In this document: positions 13,430-27,200 of the stretch, piece after piece
Position numbering within the stretch: position 1 is the stretch's first letter
How the letters are laid out: the number at the start of each line of letters is the position of its first letter
Source: Phoronis australis
Taxonomy: Eukaryota > Animalia > Phoronida
Direction of reading: 5' to 3'
Assembly (NCBI GenBank): GCA_002633005.1
Contig: NMRA01000101.1
Coordinates: 248,001 to 312,000, forward strand
DNA: 64,000 nt
The notes under the pieces: model-generated
What the model was told of the DNA's origin: nothing
The model's database searches: none
Seen by the model: the letters and a program-made list of their open reading frames with translations, nothing else
Translations under genes and position numbers: made by a program

Positions 13430-14859
13430 GAAATAAATTTCAATTCAAACAATAAAAATGTGATGAAGTTCTTTTAATGTGCAAATAAGGCTTTAACAAA
13501 GAGGTCAAAGAATTTCAAAGCCAGACCAAGTAGATAGCAACCACTCAGTGTTATTGTAGAAGACCTTCTCAGTTCAATGCATGTGTCTTTCACAGATATT
13601 CAGTCTCAAACTGTAGACATTTGAGATATGTTTCATGAAAGTGACTTAAGACAGAAATTTGATCTTCCGGTCCCACTCTGCAGTTACAGGAAAAACGTAA
13701 TTGTGACCTTATCAGTCTAGAAATAATGTATAGAAATTAATGTGTGTATTCTCAGGAACTGTACTTATGCTCAACCGAGATTAAATAATTTTTTAGAAAT
13801 AGTTGTGTGGAGTGCAAGACCAGCTTTTCATGAAACAGAACCGAGAAATCGGCAACAAATAATCTGCTTAAATTTCTTTCACAGTGCCCCTTGACTCCAT
13901 GATTTATCACTCAAGCCATTTTTAAAGCCCCCAAAACAGTGCAGCAGTAACATCACCTAGTGTCCAGACAAGGAATCAATCTTTTCTGTAACCTAGAAAG
14001 TTAACATACTGTCATATGCCCATAATTGCTTCTAGCCATGGTATGTAACGCATAAGGCCAGTTTTAAAACAGGAGATTGTTGCTTCAAATTTGGCATTTG
14101 ATACGAGTGTGGGTGTTTTGCATATTCAAGTCGCCATGAGTAGCTTTGATGTGATTGAAATAAAAAAACATCTTGGGTTAGCTTAATTAAAGTTTCTTAA
14201 CTAATATTTACAGTGTACAAAACAGCTTAAAACGTACAATAAAACCAATGTTTACTAAAAAATGGTACTTAAAAGAATAGATACATTCTGAAACAGTGTG
14301 CTCTACAATTTCACAATTAATAGCGCCACACACAGAATAACATTACTACACACTAAGAGGCTCGTCATGATTTCCAATTTAAAAATTTAACTTCTTGAAA
14401 TGACATGATCAATCTTATCTTATTCCATCAATGCAAAAGAAGACTAACCCCCTTTCTACACATGGCCTCGTATGATATCAAAGCATAAAGAACCTCGTCC
14501 AGCACACCTGTATTACACAGGCAGGGCCATCTCTCCACATTCCTACAAGTCCCTATATCTTTGTTTAAAAGGGGGACAAAGAACGATGCATAAGACAGTT
14601 CAGTAGTGGTGACATTGCTGGTAACCTAAACATTATGTTTCATTCCTTGTGTAAGGATTATGCCAAAACCGACAGCTTATTCCTCATTTCTTGGTTTGCA
14701 AAAGAATAGGAAAAGGTGGCATTATTTGTTGTGCCACCAGTGTTGAGCACATCACTTGCCACCACCGACCTAGTCACATATCTCAACTGGATGCACCAAG
14801 ATGCACTCACTGATTCCCTATACAAAATAGACATCCAATTAAGTTGCGAGTGAGTTAAT

Positions 14860-15235
14860 TTTAATATCCTTACTTGATGAGTGACTGTGACGCTATCAAC
14901 ATTCTCATCAGTTCAGTCATTCTATTGGCCAGCTACATGTAGACATTCAAGTGTACTAAAATTTTGTTTTGATATCCTCACTTCATGTATGACTGATGCC
15001 ATCAACAACATTGTTAGGGGGAATGTGGATGAGTGTGTTAGTTTTAATATCTTCACTTCACGAGTGAGTAAGATGCAATCAATAACATTCTCATCAACTG
15101 CACCATTCCACTGAACAGGTAGATGTAGACAAGTGCATTCATTTTGATGTCTTTACTTTAAGAGCGACTGTGACGCCATCAACAACATTCTCATTGGTCG
15201 TGTCATTCTAGTGGCCGGGTGGGTGTGGATGTACT
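14860..15235 (-). repeat. Degenerate tandem copies of the EDC4 C-terminal coding segment extending into the 3' UTR
   Basis: The unit ttt(g/a)atatc..tactt...gactg.gacgccatcaacaacattctcat...tgt(g/a)ga recurs at about 14860, 14967 (partial), 15042 and 15142. The last copy is the real CDS end. Confidence 0.75.
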
Positions 15236-18200
15236 CATTTAATTTCTGCGCTAGAGTTCTCAACACTGTGGGCATATGTTCCTGGGTGATAGAGTGCGAG
15301 GGGTCAAGGTTCATCACTGCCTCCTCAAGGTACCTGAAATAGACACTTAATTATCAGCTGACGGTTTCCTGCATCAACTTTTTTATCACTTGATTCAAAC
15401 GACTCAATAATATTGGCTAATATTACATAGGTTTAAAGGAAAAAACTGGATACAGCCCCACTTATCAGTTGTGACCTATTTACAGTGCCAATTTCTTATA
15501 ACTACATTTTCATGACCAAATCATACCTTTACACTGTTCAGTGCCTGTGAAATTTCTTTTAATGCCAATACAGTTACAAGGCAAAAGAAAACCGACAAAA
15601 TGACCCACTATTCAGCATCCTCGTGGCTGAGCTCAAGTGGAATTCCCTCTATGATAGTTGAGTATAAGCGGAATTGACTGACAGTCATGGTAGCTATCCA
15701 TCATGGCGGGCAATTTAAATCAAGAGGAAAAGCTATCCACTGTTCCTCCAGTTCAGATCTAATCAATCGTACACGAATGCCATGATATCCTTAAAGGATG
15801 CACCTCATGACAAACACAGACAACTGATACATTATAAGTAGGTAACCTGTTGCCACACTGCTACATGTGAATCACCCTTTCTATCACAAGTTGCATCGGA
15901 TTAAAGCCGACACATGTACATATACTGTACATTAAAAAATGGATTCTGCCTCATTTCACATCAGTTACAACGTAGGCACCAGTTCCATTAAATGTCACCA
16001 GCATGCCGGCTTAGGCCTGCACATTGATGAAATAATTGGAAGTCACGAAAATTGTGGTTTCCAAAACTCTCCAAGCTCCACTCACATCAGTAACGGACTG
16101 GTTTTGAATATCTTGTGTTCTTGCAATTTTCCAAAACTATAAAAACCACTTCCTGTTATCAATCCATAAAATGAGCTGATTTAAAGAAATGAGAACCAAT
16201 AACAACGATAATGATCAACGTTTCACACAAACTTCTTTAAAATGAACTTGACTTTAACCGAAGAAGTCACTGACATTGAGGACAACTTCTAAAGACATCC
16301 TCGAAGGTAATACGCTTCAGTTCATTTTGTGAATTATTGTTCTTTTTCAATAAGCCAACTGGATGGCAGGCAACCAAGTAATCGTAGGTGAATTTCATAG
16401 AGGCACAAGGAGCCCTTTACTGACAACCAAAAAAATGTTTTTAGCATGCCTTTTTAGGGTTTACGCAGATTTTTCCTTTAAATTATGGTAATGTCCTTCC
16501 TTATGTCCTGGATCCACCAAAGAAAGAACATTAAGTGACCACATACTTGTGCTTCAGTTCTGTGTAGTTCTCCAGGTTGGCGGCCAACTGCTGTATGAGA
16601 GAGAGTAGCACTGGCTGTTGTAGCGGACAGGGGCTCTGACCAAACACATGGCTGGGGTCTACTGACTCACACGCAAAGATGACCAGGTTGAGGTCAGAGG
16701 CAGAGAGAGCCTGCAGGATATATACAGATTGGAGGAAGTTCTCATTAAGCAGTCTGCTTTGAAGAAATCAATGCACAAATGAAGACGCCACAGACAGAGA
16801 CAAAATGTATAAAGTTAACATGGTGAGCCTCACTAAATATAAAAAATATTGATTCTGAGCCAAAAGGTGTACCTCAAAAATCTTTATTTTTAATGCCATT
16901 TTCCAAAATCCTTGATACAATAGACATTGTTAAACTTCAGTTATTCAAACGAAACTTCCCCTATAAATATTCACAGTCCAATAGAAAACCATAGTTTGTA
17001 ATCTAGATCATAACCTACGTCAAGTAACAGCACTTAACTTCCATCAGACAATGTTTTGAAAAAATGGAAAAACAAAGGAAGGGTAATTTTGGCAATTATC
17101 TTTGTCTGACATCACTGATATTTTACCGTACACCAACCAACAAACAACAAGCGTGAGAACTAATCCTGAGCCAGGATGTATTTTGTGTACACTCGACTAA
17201 TGGTATCACCTGTTGGAAAGCAGCATTGTACTGGCCTTGCTGAAGGAGTTGCAAGACCTGAGCCTGAAGTTGTTGGGGGTCAGGGGCAGGTGTAGCAGCC
17301 CCAGACCGTACAGCCTGCACGATACTATCGCTGATGGTGGCATGATGAGACTTTAGGGCTGCTGACACTTCTTCCTTAACTAGACTTCTGATATCTGATG
17401 TCAGTGAGTCTTTGAGTCTGAGAAGAATGAGGTGTATTAATGAACACAGTAAAAAGCCCACTTTCACTTGTGAAAGACAGTGGGACTAGAATGTTGTTAT
17501 GTTGTTCTCATAGCAGCATTCTGTACTCTTCCAAGAAATGTAACAGACAAAACTGACACACACAGCTTATATGATTCTCCATCTATTTATTACACAATTA
17601 CTCAATTGTAGACCTTGAAAGGAGTTTTACAAATTTCCTTCAAACTTTTGATGGTTGTCAAGGGTTACAAAGCATTATTTTATTTCATAGAACTGGATGG
17701 GAAAGTGTCTGTTAATGGGTCAAAACCTGGTTTGGTATCTTCAAGTAGTTACAGCTCCCAATCCAATGTCTTGCTATGCCTGTTCACAAGTAACAGCAGT
17801 TGTCAAGCAGATATAGGTGTCTTAAACATGGTAGTTCCTGTGTATTGCAATAAATTCATTAATCAACAGTACATATTGTTATGTATTGTGTTGTTTCCTC
17901 CTATTGTCTATTATTATTGTAGGTGTGTGTGCGCGTGTGTGTGTGTTCGCGTGCGTGTTGTGTGTACATATACTTTGATTGTGGTCAGCTATTAATGGCC
18001 TATGGCTTTGCTGACCACCTAATCATGTAATTCTGCTGTTTTTATGACTGAAGATGGATTGTGTGGTTTTAGTATAAGCAGACATATGAGAAAAAATATT
18101 TAGGAATTAGATATTAATTATAAATAAATAATGTACGTCATTTCAAAACAACAGATGACAAAATTTGCACATTACTTGGCTACACCCCTTTCCTTCGACT

Positions 18201-21200
18201 CACCTATGGGAAAAGCCAGAGAACTGTCTATCAAGTTCTGCCTGAACATCATCGCGCACTGTCTGTTGCAGTTTTCCAATGGATGAGCTGAACTCCTGAA
18301 CAAAGCTCTGCACCTGACCTATCACAGGGTCCCTGTAGTCCTTCTGTCGACGATGCCAACTCTGCACTTGACTGTCCAGTTGTTTCATGTCTATGGGCAA
18401 CATCATATACACATGGACAGTGTAAACTAGACTTCAGACACTATATTAATGAAACAACTGACTTCATTTTAATGATAACTTGGAAATCACATGATGAATA
18501 TATTAAATGTAAACTATCTACTAAAATAATAAATACTTCAAACTAAAGAACTTATCAAAAATGGACACGAAAAAACAATTTGAAAATTAAATTTGATAAA
18601 AATCTGCCAAGTTATAGCTTGAAAGCTCACATTCTTTTGTCCCTTCTTGAAATGTGTTGTTAATCTGCGAAAACATCTCCTGAACAGCTTTCTCAAAAGA
18701 TGGCACCACAATGGACTGCATACTCTCCCTGTAAGATGACGTCACAGTTCCCATAACAGCACTGCCTGCAGACGTACCGATGGCTTCGATTGTTTGCTGT
18801 AGAAGACATTTTGAAATTGTATGCATCAAGATAACATCCAATACAAACGTCTCGTATGTTGAGTTTTAGAGACCACATACCAAGTCTTTCAAAGGTATCA
18901 TTACATGACCAGACGGCCAATTTCAGACCTGACACTGTCATCGCAGTCCTGCATTGTTCTTAGTGCTTGTCTCACCTTCTGAGTGTTTTCATTTCAGATT
19001 TTGAATGGTGTTTCTGGACGACAAAGCTACTGTAAACTTTACATTCCTTGAAGTACACAACCAGCTAAATGAAGAGGTTTCACCACACAAGAAAACAACA
19101 CACCATGAAGACATAGCAAACTATGAATTAGACAACCATGCTTGAAACAGCATATTACATACCACCTACCACTGCATATTACACACCACCTGCCACTGCA
19201 TATTACACACCACCTGCCACTGCATATTACACACCACCCGCCACTGCACATTACACACCACCTGCCACTGCACATTACACACCACCTGCCACTGCATATT
19301 ACACACCACCAGCACATGTGAAGCTCTATCTATCCATCTTACCTTTGACTTAATTAACTTTCCTATATTTTCCTTCACTACTGAGTCCGTGGCGGTCAGT
19401 TTCTGTGCAAGATCTTTGTGCAGTTGTTGCTTTATTGGCTCAATTAAATTGGATATAGCTGCAAGGAGTGAGATCATTTGAGGCAACAGGGAGAATTGAG
19501 GCTGGAGTGACACGAAAAAGATAACATTAAATTATTGCACAAGGGCTTAGGTTGTTTTCATCGCTTAGAATCGGGTTTCCTTGCCATGACTGGAATTATG
19601 GTGAAACGATTTCAATGCCCACAAGTCATAACTTGAAGTTGTGTTTCTGGTACAAACCTTCTTGCCAGAGTTAGAGGCCTGACAGGATTACCCTACTATC
19701 AAAAAAGTCTTACACTAACTTGTAGTTTGAAAATGATTTTATTCTGAATAATATTGAAAAAAACACAAAACCAAGCCGTCTCACCTCATTTCATCAAACT
19801 GATGAATGTGTAAATTAAAGAAAAATGCACCGATTTCAAAGACGCCTATTTTTACTTTCGAGGCTATCAACTCATCACCGCTCTTAATTGCATGCTGCCA
19901 GTGGTAAATCATCCACACCTACCACATGGCTTGAGTTACTCAAATCTCATAACATACTTGGTAGAATCGTGCTCCTCATCTCCGCCCTCACTGTTGACTC
20001 TAACCTGTCGTTCAACCCACTGTTGATAGACTGTCTCATCTCATTAAGAAGTCGCTCCGTGGCTTGGCTATCCTTGGCCTGGCGGGAGGTCAAGACTTGC
20101 TGTAGTCGCTGACCTGACCTAGTTAAGGACAAATAGGCACGTCGTTCCACAGCCCAGCAAATTAATTTGTAGAAATCATTCAACATACAGCTTTTCCATA
20201 ATTTTACCATTAAAATATATAATGACATGCATATAACTGCATACATAAAACAACTGGAAGACATAAAGGAATGCTGCAAACTAAAATAAGGTTGTTACAG
20301 AACTAAAGAAGCAATTATCCCAGAGTGATTAAACTTGCCCTTTCCATGCAGGGTGCATGAGTATTGAATATGTCAGCAGGGTTACCACATTTGACTGATG
20401 TGCCACATTCACCTCAGAACAAAACAAGAAAATGGAAAGTTTCTTTATTGAGATATCGTAATAAACATTTTCCAAGTTGAAGTCTTAAATTTCTTGTTAT
20501 GACCCTGACACTGAGGTCAAAGTCATTAAATTCAACTGCCGGCTTGAGAGGCCACCACCTACACCTTGATACAAAATATGAACTTCATTCTTAAGATACT
20601 GTGCCCACATTTCCTAAATACAAACTTGAATCTCTTGCAGTGACCTTCAAACTGGCGTCAAGGTCACCAAAACAGACTGGTGCCTGGAGATGCTTAACCA
20701 AGACAGAATATGAACAAAATCTAAAGCGTCCCTCCAATGACATTTTCTAAGAAAAAACTTTATTTCATTGCTGTGATGTGTGGAAAGGGTGTCACCAATA
20801 CACAAAGTGTGTTAACGAGACAAACAGTGAAGCAAAATATGTCATAATGCAAGATGAAGCTCGCGTATAAGCCAACAGGTTGTGAAACCCGGTTCCCTGC
20901 TCCAGTCCTAGTCAAACTCAGTCCTGAGACGGCACAAGACCACCAAATGAGGTTCGCCCACCGAACACAGGATTCCCAGCATTACAAAACACGTCCCAAC
21001 ATGCCTTCATGAACTTGCTGAAAATCCCAACCCAAGTTCAAATATTCTGTCACACAACTCCCACCAAATATTTCTATGTAGTTTCATGCAATCTATTCCG
21101 TGATTAACAAGACATCGGCTGTGACACACTTGAAAGTGACAAGCTGACCTACACTTCACCAGCTGACCTACATTTCACCAGCTGACCTACATTTCACCAG

Positions 21201-24200
21201 CTGATCTACATTTCACCCCACCTGGAGTGAATCAATGCACTTAAAGTTTCAGTGTTAAGATATGCTAATTATATTTTTTCCAAGCTGACAAATTTAGCAT
21301 TATTTTGAAAATTAAAACCAAGAAGGAAATTTGAATACATTACAGCCGCTGTCATAACCACAAAACATAGCTTGGAATAAAAATTGAGAACAAAACAGTG
21401 AGTGTTTGACAGCTGAAATAAAGTTGTGGACTTCAGAGATTGGTATTTGCCCACGACTCCAAACTTAGGAGAACATCATGAAAAAAAGTCCACCAATTTT
21501 AAGCGTGTTTTGAATTTCTAACAGCACGATGTCTTGATGTGAAAACTGTGTCTCAGATTGTTATTAAAGTTTTCATTATTTCTATGTTTAATTTGGAATC
21601 AAGAGACATATTCTTCTAGAGAAGTGTTAACATCGAACATGTTTTTTTGATAAAAACATCAAGTTAACGCTATTTTGGAAAATCGCATACACTGTTTTTG
21701 AGCATGTTTATCAAAGTTTTAATGTTGAACGCTTGATGAATGCTGGTGAAAGGACTTTTTCCCAATCAATGTACTACTCACAAACATTTATTGCTAAAAA
21801 TGCATGGTCGCATGACCACACGAATGTGAACGAAATGAATTGATTTATCTTGACTCCTAGTTTCAGAAAATATATCCATTTATTGGTTGTCAGTTGCTAG
21901 TTACTTTCAAGAAGACACGTGACCTTTAAAACCAAATAATGCTTCAAATGCTAAAACAAATAACCAAACTACACACTCGTTTATCACATGAAATCAACCC
22001 AACTACAACAGACTCTAAACAGTCAAAATTATGAGCATGTTTGACAAAAGAGGATACTGTCGCTGCGACTTTGCTGTTTTATTGAACTTTCCACTTTGGC
22101 CCCTAGACTGGACTCCAGGTGACGCAACTGGTCCTGCAGTCTTTCCAGAGCATTGCTGGGGACAGAGGGAGGGCGGAGAACAGCCTGCTTCAGCTCTTGT
22201 ATCTCCTCCCTCTGGGCGTAGAGGAGCTGAGTGAGCTGCACCAGTGACTCCTGTAGGTGGACGACGTCTGACAAGGGTACCGCTTTAGCATCAACAGTAT
22301 CACTGAAATGAGATGTAGTGCTTGGTAATGCAAGGATATGATCAATCCATGTATCATCATTATGTAAGTTAGACGTATACACATTATTCAAAGCTGACTC
22401 TCGAGTTAGAGCACTAGGTTTTTAACCTAACATGTGCTACTCACAGAAAAACACCGGTGCGATTTCGATGTGCCAATAACTTAAAATTCCAAGAGAGGAG
22501 ACATTATACCCTTATTGTGAGATAAGCGTGATTGAGAGTGAATACCATTTCTTGCTTGTGTGCGCTTTGTATGTGAACCTCCATGAAAGGTTAGCATCCC
22601 AGTTGGTATAGTAGACGTACCACCTTTTTGATCACTTGATGAGTTCACAAAATGTTAATGTCATAACCAATGAAGAATGAAGCCAGATTCCTATTCCATG
22701 CAGAGAAACAGATGTGCTGTATTAAATGTTTTGAATGCTAGTTTTTGTTGTTTTGTTTTTCTTTCACCTTTGCTTTTTGTTTAAACTGACATGTTTGTTT
22801 GTGTTCGTATAGTGTTTTTATTTAAATTAGGGCCGGTGGCCTAATTACACTAAATAAATGACTTCGATCAACCCGTGATTCAGTTTTTCTCATCACAAGA
22901 CATCATCAGTCAAGAATTTAATTATTAAGACATTATAAAGGAGTGTCGGAATTTTTAGTTCTGTTGATACAGTGCTTGATTTGGCGACCTAGGGAAAATC
23001 CCAAGTCGCCACTTTGAGTTTCAAAGTCACACAATAATTCCCCAAAATTTGTTTAAAAGTTTGTTGACTTCAAATTTCGTAGATTTATTGCCTTTGGTTC
23101 ACAACCACTTCGTTTTTTGCGTGAAATCAGTGCACACATCTATCACGCGCTTAAATTACATTAAGAAGTAAACAGACAAAAGATTGGGAAAAATCGGGCA
23201 AGATCGGTGAAACACATGCCTCCAGTGTATGTGATCATCTGAGTTCTATGTTTGTTATTAGGAGGAAATGAATTAGAGAATGAAAGTACATATTTTTTAT
23301 GGGGAGAAATTGAAGAGGTAGGCAAAAGATCCCAAGAATGGAGTGCTGCATGACCTTTATCTAGTCAAAGATTTCGACGTCTGTTTTGGACACCTCAGAT
23401 TTCGTTTGGCAATGTGGGATTTTTCTGCCAAGACGCCAAATGCGACTTGTCGTCAAGCTAAGTGTCAAGCACTGTACAAAAGGTAAAAAGCCCCTGGTGC
23501 AGTTAATCGCTTTTCCTCAATATTATCTAACTTCACAATTCACAGAGTTGTATGAAAAAGCTAAGCGCATCAGCCATTTCTGAGGTGTAATGTTTCAAGA
23601 AGTAAGCCATATTTGGACATTCTTCTAGTCATACATAACAGTAAGACTCAGAAGAGGAATATACAATTTCGAACTAGTTCATGTCCCTCACAAACAAATA
23701 GCACCGCAGAATGTACAGGTACGAACACACACAGTACCACAGCACTATATACCTGGATGAGGGCTGCTCCTCATCACCAGCTCCACCACTTTCTTCAGCA
23801 CTGTATGCTATGTTCACTTCATCAACTGCACTGGTGTCAGGGGGAACGATCCTGGCCATTGCAAATAGTACGTGTTAGAAAATCACGATATAGTTGGAAT
23901 ATTAACCAATATCACTGTTGACAAGTCATCTTACTCTAAATGCACAATCCCAAGTCGACACAGTCTTCTGGCAACCATCAAATCAAACACAAGAGCAACA
24001 CGGAGCATTGAAATACACCCACGACTGCACCGCAACTGCGTTGCTTCAAGTTTGGTGACAAAAAACACAAAAAACAATAGAATGGCCACTAGGAGGTGTA
24101 ATGAAGGTGAAATTCAAATGAAACAGAGTCGGTGTTGTTGTCTATGTGATATTGACCTATATGCTAAGTTTCATGAACATCCATCCAGGAACTTTGAAAA

Positions 24201-27200
24201 ATTTCACAAACAAACATCGATGGGTTTTGGAAATACAGCACCAGATGCTGAGTGAACAGACGGGGACGACGGCATAATGCACCGACATATATGTAAATGT
24301 ATGCGTGGTGCATGAAAAACAAGGTGAAGTGAAGAAGTTTGTTTCCAAGATCACCTACATAAAGCAGACCTGGTTATGAACAACACTATAATTATTAAAC
24401 ATAAAGCAGACCTGGTTATGAACAACACTATAATTATTATACATAAAGCAGACCTGGTTATGAACAATACTATAATTATTATACAGAAAGAATGAACACT
24501 GTCAAGAACTTCAAAACTAACATTGCTTGAAAAATACCAAAAACTGGACTTGCAAAATTTTGTACCATCAATGAGTGTTTGAAAATCTGAATCAGAGGGT
24601 GAGGACACCCAGGTGAGCAAGCCAAGGCATTGTCACTAGATAGACTAGTGGTTTCATTAACTGGTATAACAGGTACCTATGCTTGTCCACATTGGGAGGC
24701 TTTGGCCACGAGTAGTCATATACAGAATTCTCTTTAACGACACCCTCAGTCTCCTTTTCATGAGTCTGCGGTGATTCCTCTTCCTCTTCTTCTTCATCCC
24801 TTTCTTCCACCACTTCCTCTCCCTCAGCTCCTCCACCACCCTCCTCCTCATCGTCATTGTCGTCATCAGTGCCCTCTGTGTCTACCGTAGGCCCAGCGGT
24901 GCGTGCTAGGATATCGCTGACCTCCTGACTAGTGGAACTTGAGCTCTCTGATGACCTGATGAAACAGAAAGCCGACTAATTACAATGAATGAATAAAATA
25001 CAATGTTACATTAATATTTATATGCTGTAACTGGGTGTTATATCAGTCACACATACCACAATGTTGATGAGAACTGGGCTCTGTTTCATGAAAGTTTAGA
25101 GCTCAAGTTTGATTGCTGCCATGACGTCAACAGCATTGTTCAACAAGTGCAACGTGACATGTGATGAAAGGCACTATGTTTATTTCAGTCTTAGTTATTG
25201 ACTTATGACTAAAATAGTTTCATGAAATGGAGCCCAGGCATCTGCACGAGTCTACACTATGTTTAAGGTAACTGCCTACCTCCTAATTTCTTAATGAATA
25301 ACTATTTAATTATTTAGTAAAACTATGCATGTGTCCTTAGTGGTCACAGAATCTTACTATGTGCACAAAACAAATGCCATGATGTTCGTAATCACATGAC
25401 ACCATTTGTTCAGCAGTCAATTTGCTAAAAGACCCTGAACTATTGTGGTGCAGAACTCCTACCAGAAATAACTACATGCTGATTATTATTGTTGTGTCTA
25501 TTAAGAGCTTCATGAAAATAGACGTGGGTGTCACTGTACAGTTCTCATTAAATATTACCTCAGTTTGGCTCTAGTGTTGAACATGTCATCGATGGTGTCA
25601 GTACTGGTGCTATGTAGCGATGACGTTAGCTTGGTCTCCTCGTTAGGAGTGACTGGGGGAAGGGGAAGGGTCGACGGCTCCAACAAATTGCCTGTATCTG
25701 TGCTGAGTCTGAAAGATGAACAGGGCAAAGGTGACAAGTTAGGAGAAAATTCAACACTGAAACTGAATGCAGACAAATGTAATACTAATCATTGAAATGA
25801 AATGATCACTTCATTGAATAGCACGGTTAGGGGTAGAGTCAGCTTCTTCAGAAAACTGCCAGTGTTGATGAGGGCGCTGGGTTACAAGTAGTGTCAACCA
25901 ATGGACGGCAATAGTCTGATATAAGGTGCCCGTATTTTGAGAACCAGTTTGATGCCCGTTATTCAGTGGAGAATATTGGTTCTCAAAATGCAGGCATGTT
26001 ATATCAGACTATTACCCAATGGACTCACAGGTTGTTACGTGTTTTGTTGGCGTTGGTGAAGACGGTTTAAGGAGGTTGTCCAAGTAGAGAAATATAGCAA
26101 CATGGATTAAATGAAAGATATAACCACCATCATATCATCAAGATTTGCACCAGGATGCAACCTCGAACAAGGCGTAGATTGTGCACGCAAATCAACAAAC
26201 CCACACCTGGGCCGTATGTTGACTACAAAAGGCAAATAGCTTGCATAACACATTACCTTAGAGTCTGCACCGGTGTGATGTCATCGTCGACCTGATCTGA
26301 CCTGGTTGATGACAAGAGGTCATCATTCAGTGCTGACACCTGGGTGAAGCTTGCAGAACTCGTATTGCTCAAGTGAATGCTATCTGGAGTGGCTGGGTTT
26401 TGGCTGCCAACCAATAAAACGCAACAATCAAAAGTCAGAATAGCAAAGATAATCACAAGCAGTTTTGTCAAGACAATGTAAGACATAAAGTTCACAATTA
26501 TTCAATATCCAGTACAACAGCAAGTCAAGAACACCATACCTTATTTCAATATTTCGTCTGCACTTTTAACAACCTGAAATCATCCTATTTAAAGAACTGC
26601 GGCTTAAGACTGCCAATGCCTGCCATAAATTTTTAAATTCAAGAATGGAGATGTTTGTGTAACCTATTTAGTTAAGACAGCAAAGCAAATCCCACTCTTG
26701 ATAATGCAGCATTACACCCACAGTTCTATGACTTCCCTAATCATACCTGGGACTTGAGGCTGTTGATGCTGTAAACTCCTCAGGGGTCATCAAGACAGGA
26801 TGTGATGTGTCCAGACGATCATCAATATCAATGAGTGGCTGGGACACATCAACTGACTGGCTCATGCTGATGTCAGACAAGCCATCGCGGAACGCTATTG
26901 ACTCGTCACGTGACCCCGACTCTATGGATGGTGGAATAGACTGTGGTACGGATGAGATGGGCTTGAAGCGGATGAGTTGGTACTCCAGCGTTCTACATAA
27001 TGATGAGTTTTTTAGATACAAAGTACATCTAACTGTCATAGTACTAGTACAGTTCAATAAAAGTATTTCTACTCAATGAACAGTCGGTTCTTGAAAACAC
27101 TTCAAAGCAAACTAGTTGGCTTTTTTAGATTTTGTGTCACTACGAATTACATAGTTATCCATTTTGTGAACTTTCTGCAAAAAGTTAAACATTTTCTTTA

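Noticed and set aside
19039-19353. Repetitive ORFs (YYTPPATA, WCVICSGR, WQVVCNMQ)
   Set aside because: These are translations of a 24-bp intronic minisatellite immediately after an EDC4 donor site.
24351-24620. Hydrophobic repeat ORF (IIIIVLFITRSALC)
   Set aside because: Product of the 42-bp minisatellite.
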